This document shows positions 1 through 13,750 of a stretch of DNA of 64,000 bases, piece by piece. The stretch lies in the NCBI GenBank assembly GCA_030704615.1, contig CM060734.1, positions 46,624,001 to 46,688,000 of the forward strand. The letters are read 5' to 3'. The stretch's first letter is position 1, and the number at the start of each line of letters is the position of its first letter. The notes below the pieces were generated by a model. The model was not told the origin of the DNA, did no database searches, and saw only the letters and a list, made by a program, of their open reading frames with translations. Source of the stretch: Takakia lepidozioides (Eukaryota; Plantae; Bryophyta). The position numbers were made by a program, and so were the translations under genes.

Positions 1-69
1 CGCCCCCTGTGGATCTTATTAAGTTACTAGTTGCTTTTGGTCTGCTCTTTTACTTTTGTCTCCTCTCTC

Positions 70-1866
70 TCGTTTTGTCCCATTAAACTCTTTGAGCTTT
101 CCGCGGACGTTATAAAGTACCATTTCATTTCATTTCATTTCCTCTTTTTCCTCTTTCTGAATGTAATAAAGTTGTTTTTTGGCTTGTTTATTCTCTCCTC
201 TCCCACCTTTTTGTAACAATGTGGGCATCTGCTGCATGCATTCACCACTTGAACTACATGCGCACTCTGCATGAGACAAGGGCCCACCTTTCTTGACCAG
301 AAACTCGAGGCTTCCTCCAGTGAGAAGAGAACTCCACCAATTGGTGCACCAAAAGCTGCTGCCAAGCTGCCGTAACACAGATCGACATCTTGCAGCACAT
401 GTATAGAGACATCATTTGAAAATTTGACATCCTACTTCATGACAACATTATTGCAGCACTCTTAAAGGCCAAAAAGAGCACAAATTGGAGGCCTTTCTTC
501 TCTGTGATCATCTTTGTTGGATATTATTTAGACTCAAAGAGCATCGAACAGAAATGGTACTTTATAATGTAGAAAGAAAATAATGTAAACATGTCACCTT
601 CACTGAACAAACATGCCCAGAGAAAATGGTTGGAAGTTACCCTGCTGCTGTCCCGGCTGAGATGAACTCCCTGCGCTCCTTATCATTGTGGAAGTCCTGA
701 ATCATGGCATAGGTAGAGTGGATGGGAAATCTACATGCACTAACATACGCCTAATAGAGTTAACATTTCAGGTTCTAACTGTAAACTGGAGACTAGTTCA
801 CATCCATGAGAAGCTGTAAAGACAGAGAGATAAGCCCTACTAAGGGAAGGACCCAACACAGTCTCTCTAACTCAGCCTCCAAGAGCACTTGTGATCTCAA
901 TCTAGCTTGGTATGCCTTGAATAGTGCTCATCCTTGACATTTTGGTGGACTGATCCCACATGACTAGAGAAATGAAATGAAATGAAATGGAACCTTATAA
1001 CGTCCGCAGAAAGCTCAGAGAAAGATAAGAAGAAATGCAGAAGAGATGGAGACAATCTTTCATTTAGACAGAAAAACTACATACATTTTGGAAATGAAGC
1101 CGACTTTCAACGAGGAGGAATTTTACCCAACTTTTAACTAGCCTTTAGACTGTCTTCGTGAAAAACAAGGAGGCAGCAATGCTGACCTAACAGGTTAGCT
1201 GGAAGTTCGAGATTGGCAAAGGCTTGCAGGCACCACAACTGATATCTCCATTAGTCAGGATATCTTAAGCTCAAGGAGAAATGAATGAGCGTATGGGACA
1301 AAGAAATAATAACTTCCATAACCAGACCATAGAGCTTGTACGATGGCTGCTAAAAGAAACAGAGAGAAATGAGATAATACTGTATATTGTCCACGGAAAG
1401 CTTGAAGTGCTTATGGGACAATAGAAAGCATGAAACAAGAAAGAGAAATGAAATGAAATGAAATGGTACTTTATAATGTCCACGGAAAGCTCAAAGAGCT
1501 TATGGGACAAAATGGAAAAAAACATGAGAGGAAACAAAAAAAAATACTGCTCAACGGATTGTTTAAGGGTGAAGGCCTCGTCCAGGTCAGCTGCCAAGCA
1601 TTTCTGATCCTCATAGGGGAAGACTTCAGTAAGAGATTGAGTTCCGCAGAATAGACAGTGGAATCTTCCACGGATCTCGTAATATGGAGGGCGATAAAAG
1701 AAGAAGTGTTCTTCAGTTCTTCAGAGAGAGAGGCCCTCCACAAGCATCCCAAAATCAACTATTGCTCAAGGGTTTGTCTAAGAGACATGAAATGGAACTT
1801 CATAATGTCTGTGGAAAGCTCAAAGACCGAGAAACCTTCTCTTTCTAAGAAATGAAATGAAATGAA
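70..1866. mobile_element. Cluster of 3'-end fragments of a LINE with a (CATTT)n tail in CLC introns (about 70-140 plus; 968-1020, 1260-1445, 1446-1760, 1787-1866 minus)
   Basis: Repeated GAGCTTTCCGCGGACGTTATAAAGTAC(CATTT)n motif, near-identical to the tail of the element at 34044-34880. Confidence 0.75.
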
Positions 1867-4800
1867 AGAACAAAATCTAGTGATGTCCAAGGGGTACTGA
1901 GGTGGGACAAAGTAGAGAGTAGAGAAGGGTGGGAGGGTGTACTTACGAAGGGCAAGGTTCTGGGTTTGAATTTGCTGAGTCTGTTCCACCATAGTTGCAA
2001 GGAACCTGATGCTCGCTCTGATCTTTCTCTCAGTGGGTAATGACCATGCATCAATGTGAGTGATGAAGCAATTGCAGCACCAATGTGCACAAGAGGCCCT
2101 TCTTGCCCTAGCTGCCCCACACCCACACAAATCCACCTCTTCTCAGCTTCTCCCCAACCAACGCTCACTCCCTCCTAATAGCAATCAAGCATCTCCACAG
2201 TGGAAAGGGAGGCTAAACACATGGTAAAGGCTGGCAGACAATGGGAGAGCCAAAGGCGAGTAGGGTGGATAGAGCAAGGAGGAAGCTGACTACACATGGA
2301 AATAAGACTAAGCTTTAGTCTTCACCAGCAAATGGGTCCAAACCATATGGATATATGGGATTTGCCTTACAAAAGATACCAAAGGAGAAACTGCCTATCC
2401 CAAGCACTTCCACGAGTACATATCTGATCTGATGAGACTTGCATACAGAAGAGAACTAGAGCCTAAGTGTGTAAGAAGCTTACTGGAAGGCCAGATGACA
2501 CAGTGCATATTGTCCCAAAGATCTGCACATAGAAAAGACAAATTCAACTGCGTGGCCCTTGACTGAAAAAGTGTCACAGGATCCAATCATACAACACATG
2601 AGGTCTGGTGACCGGAGCCTGGAGAAACATGATATCTCAATGTGATGAAGACAAATGGTTAGTGAAAGAACTAGCAGAAGGTGAAATAACCAACCTTTGT
2701 GAAAAGAGTACTGTGTCGCAGAAAATCTGGAATATCGTTTCCATTCAAATAAGCCATTACTAGTGTGACCTGTACGATCAACCACATAAATACGAAAAGT
2801 CCAGCTGAATAGAGAATCATTCCAGGAAAAAGACAATCATTGACTAAGCTTTGGCAAACAGACAAACTGTTTGTTCTACGCTTCATACTAAACATTAATT
2901 ACCTGATTCTGGGAGTTAAATCAAATCTACCTCCCTTGAAACTACTGACTTAGACTAAAACATTAGATTGCTTGCAGTTTACCAATCCATGCTGCTGTAA
3001 ATTCCTCATAAAGCATTAGCCTCTTTGTACTATGTTGCGCTAGTGTGTCCCATGAGACTTCTGCGATCTCTGGGCCTCCCATGGACGTAATAAATTTGTC
3101 TTCCTCTTTGAGACTCTCTTTTCTTTACTTGTCCCACTTTGTTTGCCCCATCAGCTTCCTTCTGGGGGACTGTCTCTCCATGTATTGTGTTTGAAAGGAC
3201 CTAATTGCTCTACTGAACACACTGGGAGGGGTAGGGAGTGTCATACCCCACCACCTGCAGCAGATGGGGCCCAGAACAGGACCAAGCAGCTGGCAAGCAA
3301 AACCAGGAAGATCCCGAATGCCGCATATGCAAGGAACACGAGCACTAGCCCTAGTCCTTGCTCAATTGTCTTCCCTGTCCAATGTTTCTGTGACACAATT
3401 GAAGTGACGCAAAGGAGCTTTGTGAGCCAATTTGATGTTCAGAAAGCTGTTTAACAACAAGTGACAAACATCCTCCTTAGGTTAAGAACTCAATTGCATT
3501 TTTTCATTTTGCACTGCTGAATAGAATAGGACCAGCACCTTGGAAGTAATGAGAAATTCTTGAGAGGACTCAATCACATATGCAACCACTCCTGCATAAT
3601 CATCCACAGTGTGTGAAAGCTTAGCCCAGTAAACTACACCCCCCTAAACCCATTCTTCCATGCATGATGTTTCAATGAAGAACAAACCGTCATGACCAAA
3701 TCAGACTCAAGGATCACCCCTTACCATGCTGGGCTCTAGGCTGATGAGAAGCCGCCTTAAATACCATTACCGTACCATTTTCACTTTTTCATGAGGATCT
3801 AAACCATGTCAAAAGCCGTGTTCCTCCTTCGGTGCAGTCGGGGGTGAGTATTTCCATGAAACTGATGCTCTAGCAAAGAGCTCGTTCTAAAGAAATCTGG
3901 AAGGTCAGAATCCACCTACTTCCAAAATCAACTACTGGAGTGAAACTTTATGGTCCCACTCCCTCTCTCCTCTCCTCCCCCATGTACTCCACAGGCATGC
4001 TAGTTTATAACGACAGACTGCTCAAGGTTAATAAGAACTTAATGTGGATCTTATAAAGTGCCATTCTTCCTTACCTTTCCTTTTCTCATTTCCTTTCTAT
4101 TTTGGGCAAGGAAGCCAACCTACTGGGAAAAGCCAGACACACTAAGAGGACAGAAAGGCAGAGGTCTCCAGATGCCAGGACGTGAATGGAAATTCCCAAG
4201 TTATACTGAGACTACGACACATAAAAGCCTGGTAAGGGCCACCTCCAACTAAGTTCTCATATCAGAAGGTTTCTCGCTGTCATGAAGTCCATTTATTTCT
4301 TGATCACTTCCTCTCTCCTACAGGAGACTGTCTGTTTCCAAAATCTAAGGGCAGGAACTGTTGGAGTTGGAGTGTTTAAGACGGTTTCGGGGTTCAGGAA
4401 ACTCTTTGGAATTCTCAATTCTCATTCTCACTGAAAAAGGGCTTCATTAAACTTCTCCTTATTGTGTCCCATGGATCTGTGGGCTCCTGTGGACTTCTCA
4501 GTTTCTGTCTTTGAGCTTCCTGTGGAGGAGCTCATTCCTGCTTGTAAGTGGTTAAAATGTACTCATAAGATGTTGTTTGCTTGTAAGGGGTTAGATTGTA
4601 CTCATAAGACATTGTTTGCCGTAGCCTTGTGGCCATTGACCCCGCGCCCAGTTTGAGCGGAAACAAAAGGGACAGAACCTACCTCTGTCAGGGGCTGACG
4701 TTGGTAGTAAGACTTACCTTCATATATAGAATATGTAAGGGGTTAGAATGAGCACAAGAGCTTAGAACCAAAATACTGCCTTCAAATCCACCAAACGAGT

Positions 4801-5854
4801 GGGGCAATGCTAGGAAATATGCTTACCAACAAGGGTACCAATGAGGATAGTGATGATCCACTTAGCAAGTGTATGACCTGTGTACCTGCCCACACCCACC
4901 CACCACCAACCACATCTCTCAACAAACAATAATCCCTCAGCAGAAAATAGAGAAACATTTCTCCATTAAGGGAAAGCCTTGAAGCTATCATCAGGACAGC
5001 CATTGATCAAAAAATGTAATCTTGTCCTAAAGTTTCTAGCACATGTTGAGAATTACCACAAGTTTAGCAGCTTCGTAAGGAGGATCTCAACTGACAAAAG
5101 AAAGATACAGACATATGAGCACTAAGTGGAGATCATGTTACATTGGTTGCTATAGACTTGAAGATCAATAAAACCAGGTGCAATATAGGCCGTCATGGGA
5201 TGCTCCAGGGATAGATGTAGGAGCATGTGTGTAGATTCCAGACCAATGAATAAACCGAATAAACCATGACAACCAACTTGCGGACTATGCACCAGTGGGC
5301 AGACGCCAAGCATAAGCCATGGCACTATCCTAGATGGCTGGAAAACAGTGGATAAAGCCTGAATTGCCCATGCGATTGATATGGACAAGGGGATGAACCA
5401 GAAAGCTATTATTGGCTACCAACAGTCAAGGAGCCCTAGAGCAGAATTGGGCAACTCAATAAAGAAGGGTCACATAAGCTCAAGAAATTGTGTGCATGCA
5501 CAGATGCACCATATCCAAGTTGGGGGCTGGGAAAAGGCTGGAATCTTAGAACTTCGCAAACTTGCCACCAATATCAAAGATAATTTACCCATAGAGCCGC
5601 CGGCGTCGGTGCTCTCTCTTCTGCTTGGCATATAGCACACTATGAATTGGGTCATAGTCCAGGCTCTCAACACCCAGTTCGTCCTGCAGCATGCCATGCG
5701 TACCACCACTATCTTCACCTTGGTTCAAGAGGAGCGGAAATTCAATTTCATCGTCCATGTCTTCCATGTTTAAGAAACCGTTCTCTCCCATAGTCATGCC
5801 ACCACTATCTTCACCTTCATTCAAGAGGAGTGGACCTTCAACTTCACCGTCCAT
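288..5854 (-). CDS. CLC: CLC-family chloride/anion channel-transporter, 5' part (gene continues beyond the left edge). Exons 5854-5589, 4885-4827, 3591-3539, 3387-3247, 2769-2695, 2522-2484, 2111-1947, 696-641, 366-288
   Basis: GT-AG exons join in phase and give [23 protein letters not shown]|[14 protein letters not shown]|[35 protein letters not shown]|[18 protein letters not shown], all CLC hallmark motifs. The start codon is tentative (first in-frame ATG). Confidence 0.93.
4545..4725 (-). mobile_element. LINE 3' end (family of 31445-33713) with a duplicated terminal segment
   Basis: Reverse complement of 33590-33712 (GGTCAATGGCCACAAGGCTACGGCAAAC...TTATGAGTACA). Confidence 0.8.
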
Positions 5855-5893
5855 GTCTTCCAACTTTAAAAATCTGTTCTTCCCGATAGTGAT
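5702..5893 (-). repeat. Two-copy 96-bp tandem duplication at the CLC N-terminus
   Basis: CCACCACTATCTTCACCT occurs at 5703 and 5799. The units read [21 protein letters not shown] and [21 protein letters not shown]. Confidence 0.9.
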
Positions 5894-7549
5894 TCCACAC
5901 AGCAGAACATTAGGTCATTTAATGAGGAGCAATGAATCACCGGCCCACCCCAGGAGCAAGAAAAAACACTTACTCATCTCCACACACTACATAAACCGCT
6001 TCACCAAAACCTAGAGCATTGAACAAGCATGCTGCATGCTCAAAGTACTGGGCAGAATCATTTCTTCAATTCTTCAGATCTACGGACTGTTTCAGAGTTA
6101 AAACACAAAATTAGCCAGCTTTCGTAGTTTCCTAGACCTTTGCATGCATACAGCGACTGCTGGCAATAGGAATGTGCACATTGCAATCAAAGCACAACAA
6201 AATCTGATCTGAGACTTAGTATCTGTCCTTCAAACCTTTCGGCCCACCTAACAAGTACCATAACTAATTAAATATTGGGAACTTTGTGTGTGCACAATTT
6301 TGACTACAAAACATCCAGAGGGCAATGCATAAATACTTGCACCTTCACTGAAATGAGCATGGCTCAGCTCAAATTAACTTTGTAATAACAGAGTGAAACG
6401 ATGTTATTGGACAATTCGCAAGAGCATTGTATCGTGAATCGTGGAAAAATCACCGGATGCATAGCGCTTTCCCTCTTCACAACTATCAGATGGCAACGAT
6501 CATGAGATGTGACAAGAGGGATTGAAAGGAATCAGATGTAAGGAGAAAGAAGGATTGAAAAGAGAGATTCCGAGGGCTCAAAGAGACCTCGGAAGCTTGA
6601 GATGACTGTTGTGGGGCGTTAGTTGAGGGCAAGCGTGCAGCCACTCAGCTTTACATTGCTGGTTGTTAATCAGCTCCAACACCATCGTCACTGAACCGAA
6701 GAATTTGGAGTTGAAGGAGAGTAATTGGTCACAATCGGAAATTGATTCTAGGGGAAAACCGATAAAGAGCTTCAGTATACTTAATCATATATATCATAGA
6801 CGAAAAGCGCTGAAACAATTACCTTTGAATCGAATATGTCAAGGAACAATTAACAAGTCGATGGTATCGAAGCAACCAATGAGATCTTCCAGGTTTTGGT
6901 CGGGCCGAAATGTTCCACACAGATCGGCACTGAGTTTGTGAACTCCGAGCTCGAGAAAAGTATGAATGGCGTCTTTCAGCAGACCAAGAGACAAGCACAG
7001 ACAGCGATCTGAAAACTGATGGGTATTCCAAATCCTCCACGCATCATGCATCTGCAAAGACTCTGGGAACGGGAAGCATAGATCTGAAGCTGGGAGAGGG
7101 ACAATTGAGTGACCAGAGAATTTGAAATTGAGTCTTGCATGTGTATGAAAATATGAGAAAGTAAGTTTACAATGTCTACAGGGGGCCACGAGAGCAAGAT
7201 CCGGCACCCGGATCGCCCACGTAGGATACTACTCTTCAATGCCATATAATATATACTGTGGTTGCACTACCATCGGACACCTCGCTCATCTCCAGGCAGC
7301 TTGCGGTACACTCAAGCACACACCGCTTTGACTTGCTGGATTCGAGAGCTGATGGGACCTTGAAAAAACCAGCTGTACTAGTATCGATTGCACTTATCTC
7401 ATAGAACTGTAAAAATAGAAGAGGCTTTGATTTTATAAAGTTTTCAAAGAGTTCGATTGGTTAAATATACCCATGCATGCGTTGGAGCACAGTTTATGGG
7501 CCCTTCCACTGGCCTTCCACTAGGCCGGTGTGAAATGTACCAAGATTCA

Positions 7550-7725
7550 ATGTACTCATACGACGTTGTTTGCCGTAGCCTTGCGGCCATTGACCCCCGC
7601 GCTCAGTTTGAGCGAAATCCAAAGGACAGAAACTACCTTGTCCGGGCCTGACGCCGATAGTATGACTTACCATGGAACAGACAATTGATCCGAGTTTTCC
7701 AGATTTCCTCTAGAAATCCCTTCAC
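7550..7725 (-). mobile_element. LINE 3' end, same family, diverged copy
   Basis: GTACTCATACGACGTTGTTTGCCGTAGCCTTGCGGCCATTGACCCC matches the 33660-33712 terminus. Confidence 0.75.
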
Positions 7726-7786
7726 ATAAGCATCAAGCTGCTGTGTGTGATTTGCCGAATAACTAGACCCCAAACTAGACCCCAAA

Positions 7787-7970
7787 AGGGCTTGGTGCAT
7801 GCAGAACTCATGGCAATGTGGAGGTAGCTGAACGTGTAGCAAAATGCCTTTTCAAGCGGGATCCACAGGACGCCACAACTTATGTATTGCTATCGGACCT
7901 GCTGGTGGGATGATCAAGCAAAGGTCAGAAAAAACGATGGACAGATGTGTCAAAAAGGAGCCAGGACACT
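7787..7970 (+). pseudogene. Degenerate PPR E-domain fragment
   Basis: LGACRTHGNVEV...WD...VKKEPG remnants with frameshifts, similar to 59020-59215. Confidence 0.65.
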
Positions 7971-8601
7971 GTGGGCAGCCAGCTGCATGCATGTTTAGGA
8001 GAGTAATTGTATCAACAAATCCGGTATATCAACAAGTGATTCATGGGTGGAAAAAAGACCTAAGAAATGACTTTCTTGAGCTGAATTTTTTTCTACGCAG
8101 CCTTGGTTCACCAAATGGATTGTAATTCTCATAAATTTCAGCATTTTTCAAATGTCTGTCTGAAAATAACAAGGTTGATTGACCCATCTTCATAAAAGAG
8201 CCTAAGCTTATCTGTAAAAACTGCTCGTGTTTGTGGACTGACTAAAACAACCCCCAAAAACCCCAGTAACAAAACAGGCATGGTCGTTTAAGGGGTAAGG
8301 GGTTGATGAGTGTAATTTCTTGTAGGGTAAATTTCTGGAGATGAATGCTGCTTGGGAGGGTTGAGACCGTGGTTGCTCAGCTACTCCCTGGTCGTTTTCA
8401 CGGAGCACTCCAAAATTTCTAGAGTACAGACATAAGCAGTATAGCAAATGTGTAAGTTTGGACATATTCGAATGTTTCTCATTGTGTAGAGTGACTCGCA
8501 GAATGTTGTTGAAAGTTTCCTAGGACTCCTCCATAAGGGACTTGTCAAAATGTCAAGCTATTGTGGGTTTATCAGGCACAAAGGCTCTACTGCGGAGCAT
8601 G

Positions 8602-8990
8602 GAGCAGGGCTGACACAAGTTTTTTAAAGATCCCTCTCAATGGTGGGATGAGCGCAATCGCAAGGTTTGGCTTGCTTAATGTTGTGAAGAAGTTTGTGCA
8701 TCCTGCAAATGTGGGCTCTATCATGATTTCGTACGATTCCTGGTGTTTACAAGGTACTTGGGAGGGTCTGCTTGGTCTTTGTGGTGGTTCTCTTCACAGA
8801 CCAATCCGAGATCACCTTACTACAGATGTCAAAAGCAGCACAGATGAGAGGTCTTTTAGGGTTGATGGTCGGTTGAATCTCCATGGTTTAGCTGCTTGCT
8901 TGACACCATGGCAAGGACAATGTGGTGAGGGTAGGGTACCTTCCTCTTCAACACATTTCAGCCTGTTTTGCCCTCTTATCAGTCGTCCCT
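8602..8990 (+). pseudogene. Degenerate exons encoding an OSB-type PDF motif
   Basis: EQG*HKFFKDPSQWWDERNRK, then a GT..AG intron (8665-8799), then TNPRSPYYR...VDGRLN.PW. The 3' part is shared with 56085-56140 and 57050-57130. Confidence 0.6.
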
Positions 8991-9988
8991 AATTTTTCAT
9001 TTTGAAACCTGCAAGTTAACTCGTGGGTGGCCTATGGTGGTTTGGAGTGATTGAACATGTTACTACCAATGTGGCAACAGGAAAGCATCCGAAAACAGAT
9101 AACAGAGACGAGGAATGATAGTGTGATCCTATCACCGTATAGTACTTGCATGGGAGAAGATAATACCTCACACAACTAGGTAGCAGGATTTCAACCCTAA
9201 ACGACCTGGGTGGCACTCTAAGTGCTCGCGGAAAAAAGAGGGGCACTATATCCTTAACATCATTGCACCCCATTAGTGTGATTTCAGGCCCACATAGTGT
9301 TGCAGTGGACGAGAAAACAGTATGTAAGCATCGACTTTGATCCTATGATCCTAGCTTTCGAGGACCCTTACATCAGTGCTGCAGCAGGAATGATCATCCA
9401 ATGAATGCTTGTCGTGTGTGATGTGCCTCCATTTCGTCACCTTCAACTTTATGTCTCCCCTTTCTCAGGCCATGATCATGATCTGCCCTTTTCAGATTGC
9501 TCTTGGTACAATGTACTTTGATTACGGGGTAGCAGGTTGAACCCAGAAATTCTACCCGTTTGTCTAGTATTTCAAATTCTCTCGAGTTTCTACTGTCATG
9601 GAGGCTTTGTATCTAATCCTCTCACACACTGCAGGAAATTTATGATGACTAGTTACTGTCGAAAACAAAATCAGCTTATAACGCAAGATATCAGGCCCAT
9701 TTGTCCCCAAGAGATTGTGACTGCACTTACTAGTAATACATGCTAATATCTGTTCAATTGTTTGATTCAGATTGTCATGAAGATTTTACAATGCAGACAG
9801 GTTCTGCGTCTAAAATGGTGTCCATTATCATTTCCTGTAATATTCCATCTTCCTTTTACTGTGCCTCATCATCACTCAACCTCCACATAATACCGGACAC
9901 CAACACTTCTTATTTGCTATTTGGATCCAAACTCTGAGCTACAGATTGATGGTTGCTACTCTTATCATTTTCAGCAGTCTTTGTGATG

Positions 9989-12526
9989 TTATTGGGCAAG
10001 CTCTATCCGGATGGATTGGATGATGATGGTATGATCACTATCCTTGCTTCTGGGCACAAGACTGACCAGAATACTAGGCTCCTTCTCAAGGCCAAGCTGC
10101 TTCAGCTTTGAGCTGATACCCACCCTGAAGGAATGGTAGCAGCTAGGAGTCTGTTCTAGGGATTGTCTATAGAAAGCTCCTGCATATTCTGTACAACTCC
10201 AGGGTGTATGCCCATCCGCCTCGGGCAAATTCAAAAACAAGACAAACCCTACTGGTTTATTTGATGGTATCCTTATACCTTCAATGACCAGGACCTCTTG
10301 TTGATATCCTGGTTCCTCAAAAGCTTCAGGCTCCCTGGTTTGGATGATAATGGGCATTGGCCTTGAGATGTGAGCCTGGAAAACTGCACCAGTAAGAGTA
10401 ATGTTTCTAACATGCAACATTTCTGGTCCTCATGTGGCAATCAAATCACAACTCTGGAGCACAATCTGGAGACACTGAAACTGGAGCTGGCTTGGTGCTC
10501 ATGGGTAGAATTGAACCAGAGCCAGTCATTCTCTACCCCTTCGTACTTGTAGCGAAATTTTTCCATATCAAGAGTCTGCTACCTGTACAAATCAGCAAGT
10601 GTCTTCCCTGTTACTTGAACTTCAAATTTGGACCAAAGTTGTTCGTACTTTGTAAACGTAGATGCACCTATTAACCAGTACTGCTATTAACCGTTCTAGA
10701 GAGGGAAGGCGAGATAGGCAAACCAACCGTGACACGAACAAGATCAGCGTTTTCATCATAGAACACAAACTCCGAATTGAGCCAGTCCGGGTCAGTAAGG
10801 TCGCCACGTTGACCTCCTGGCAGGGTCTCCCAGAGATCCCACAAACGATCCACATTGGCGTGTTGTGCAAAGAAAAGGGGATCTCTTGCTGACGGTTGGG
10901 CTCATGTCCTCATGCTGTTCGTTCCTCTCATCTCCTGCCCCCATATTTACACAATAATCAAACAAATCGCCACAGCTCTCTCCTACAACCGCTCGCACTA
11001 TAGATTCTCTTACCTGTGACCACCGTCACTGCATTTATGAAAGCTCGAGGAAAGCTCCCAGAAACTAGAAAGAGGTTACTTTGAAAATCAAGGATCTCGG
11101 AACAAATTGCATCATGGGCTTCCAATCCTTCCAAACAACAGTTCTCCTTACGTTGATTGAATTTGACGCCAAAGACTCACCTCACAAAAGCAGAGGATTC
11201 CAGAGTACAAGCTGCAGAAACTCTTGCCTTGTAGATCTTACAATTCACGCACATTTAGCGTAGATGTTTGCTGATCAACTGTTTTAGAATATTGTTTGCA
11301 AGTAAACGAGTGAAGAACCTGTCCACAAGTGGACAGAGGAATGGGGGTGAGCCTCGAAGGTGGTTGAAATAACGGGAGGGTCGTCGTCGCCGCGGTAAGG
11401 CACCCCAAGAAACAGGGACAGGGTCGGAGAGGCGCTCACTACGCCGGTGTATAGCACGTTTCTATTGATCGCCCGCTGCTCTGGCGACTGGGTCCGCCGC
11501 GTCGCTGGCGGGCGTGTTATAGGAGAGGTCGATAATGGCGGGGGGCTGGTGGGCCGGGCTGCGTTTCTCGTGGAATAGCCCGAGGTTTCGGCGGTCGACG
11601 TACATGGAGGGGAGCTGGTTGGAGGGCGGATCGACGGCGGCCTGGTTGTCCCATTGCGAATCAGTATGAAGCCGAGAATCACATGGACGAACTGGTCTTG
11701 GTGAAGTAGCTATCGGAGGTGTATCATCAAGTGATATAGAAATCAGACGCAATACGAAGAAGGAACGCCCATGAGGACAAGTATATGTTCTACATGTAAT
11801 TGGATCGAATCATACCCAGCTCAACGAAACAGCCAGATATTGTCAAATGAGATTTTTAGGAGATAAAACTAGAATGCCAGCAGGATACAACACAGATAAC
11901 GGTTCTGTAGACTTCCAAATCCTTTCCCATATGACGTACTTTGTACTGCGATTATACACAAGATCAACCTGTTCAGGAGATTGCGCCAAACAAGAGGATT
12001 ATAGAAGAGTGGGACTCAACACCTAGAAATGACTGTCGGGTCGAGAGGACTCACTCAGAGAAAGTTGAAACGCGTTCAATAAATTGAGGGAGAGCAACTA
12101 CTGCCAGGGCGAGGATTTAAGAAGGATTGCCTGTATACTTGGGGAACAGTAGGCACAGTGAATGTTGGACTGACGAAGGAACGATCGGGGGTCATCATCT
12201 GGAAGCGCTTTCATCAGTTCGTATGCTCGATTGAGCCTCTCTATGTACGCCTGATCCACGTTGTGTGTGGATCGCCTCACGCGAATAGGCAAGTCCGTGT
12301 TGAATCGGAAGTTGATTTCGGGTCTCTTGGGGGGCAGAAAGCAGCAGTCTAGTGGACGATCGTTGTCCATTATAGGTTTGCACCCGGTCAAGTCTGGGCC
12401 TAGTACCGGAGCGGCATGCACAGTGTGTATCTTCCTACTACACCACGCCATAGACAGTAGCATAATCGCCCACAACAACTTCTCTGTGCCCCATCCACAT
12501 CCTGGATGCAGTCCTTCCCTACCCAT
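9989..12526 (-). pseudogene. PPO: Polyphenol oxidase copy 1 (pseudogene)
   Basis: Same four-exon structure as copies 3 and 4. It has a 1-nt insertion after HCAYC, a deletion joined at about 11657-11667 that removes the intron-1 acceptor and the CuA VHxNW/PFHRW segment, and further indels in exons 2-4. Confidence 0.9.
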
Positions 12527-12729
12527 AGTTGTTGCCCTCGAAACCAGAGACTAACTAAGATATCAGCTAGACTCTGTGAGAGCAATGCCTTGAGCTTGCA
12601 CTTCGGATTCTCCTTGAAGGTGCAAAATTTGGAGACGTCTAGCTATCCAGTGCAAACAGCTCAGGAAACAGCAACTGCTCCGAGTGTGCATGGTAGATGA
12701 CTGGAGTTTCCGATGTGTGTGGGCTGATA

Positions 12730-13055
12730 GGGTAGTTATAGTACCTATGACCGGTCACCTCATAACTGCTCGGGTCAGGCCGCATGATTTTGCCACTTGG
12801 CAAACACTTGTTTGATAGAACCCCCGAAAAAAATGTGATTGGTCATAGGGCCCAAGGTTCACACAAGCTTTCTGATTGGTTCAACTTTGAAACCCCACAA
12901 TTTTGTTTGGACTTCATGAAATCATGCACTTCCAAGTGTGTTGGGATGCCCTGGATGTGGGGCATCTTATCAATTTTATCCGGGGTAAAAATGACCAAAA
13001 TTCACTGTTAGATCTTCCGCCATCGGTAGATGAACGGTCATAGGCCTGTCTACCC
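12730..13055. mobile_element. 326-bp MITE with imperfect TIRs and a TA target duplication
   Basis: GGGTAG...CCTATGACCG / CGGTCATAGG...CTACCC flanked by TA. The empty site CTGATACACTGA is in the paralogous promoter at about 29287. Confidence 0.85.
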
Positions 13056-13087
13056 TACACTGACTTAGTAGGAGGAGCTCGTGTCCC

Positions 13088-13750
13088 TGAGATATATTGA
13101 GATTTCTTTTAATTGTTGGATGGTCGAGTGTCAAACTTTATTAATAAAGTATAGAAAGTTTGAAAAGTGGGTAACCCAAGAGTCGCAGAAATGAGAACCG
13201 AGATTCAACCTACTGCAGGTTGTTATATAGGAAGCCACCAGTCACTAAAATGCATGGTGAGTGTCAGTAAATCAAGTGGAATAAAAGGGACCGATAGTAA
13301 CACTTGCCTCTATGAACTTCTCTACACCCTCCGTCGCCTTGTTTTTCCCTCTTGCAGCCTCCGCCACCTTGTCTTTCCCTCTTGCAGCCACTTTGATCCT
13401 ACATGCCATACCTGGCCCGACCCCAACATAGCAAACAACCACTCACGCTGGCTCTAGCTCTCAAACCACTAGTGAGACACGCTACTAGTGGCTGTGCAAG
13501 CATGTTGAAGACACAAGTTCCAAGCAACTAGTCACTTGCTTCTCACCGGACTGACATATTAGTAGAAGTATCTAGAAACTAGAACTATCTAGAAAGCCCA
13601 TGCTAGAAAGTCAATCCTTAATTTTTGGACCCTTCATTTCATTAAATAATACAAGTGGCCTTAATACATTGGCCCCCTCTTTTAACTCCTGGACCACGCT
13701 AATTCTTGGACCACTCTAGAATTAACCGGGCCGAATGAAACTGCTCTACA
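13088..13750. mobile_element. Possible solo-LTR-like insertion in the PPO1 upstream region
   Basis: About 660 bp absent from the paralogous promoters (compare about 38970). TG...CA ends and CTAGAA-rich repeats are present, but there is no clear TSD. Confidence 0.4.

Noticed and set aside
6819-7245. ORFs upstream of CLC (up to 122 aa)
   Set aside because: No recognisable motif. They may be UTR or promoter sequence and cannot be supported as a gene.
8611-8613. TGA read as Trp, or stops repaired by U-to-C editing, in the PDF/PPR remnants
   Set aside because: This is a nuclear spliced context, and the same fragments carry frameshifts. Ordinary decay explains the stops.
12158-12554. Antisense ORFs recurring in each PPO copy
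   Set aside because: These are shadows of the PPO coding strand, recurring only because the copies are near-identical.
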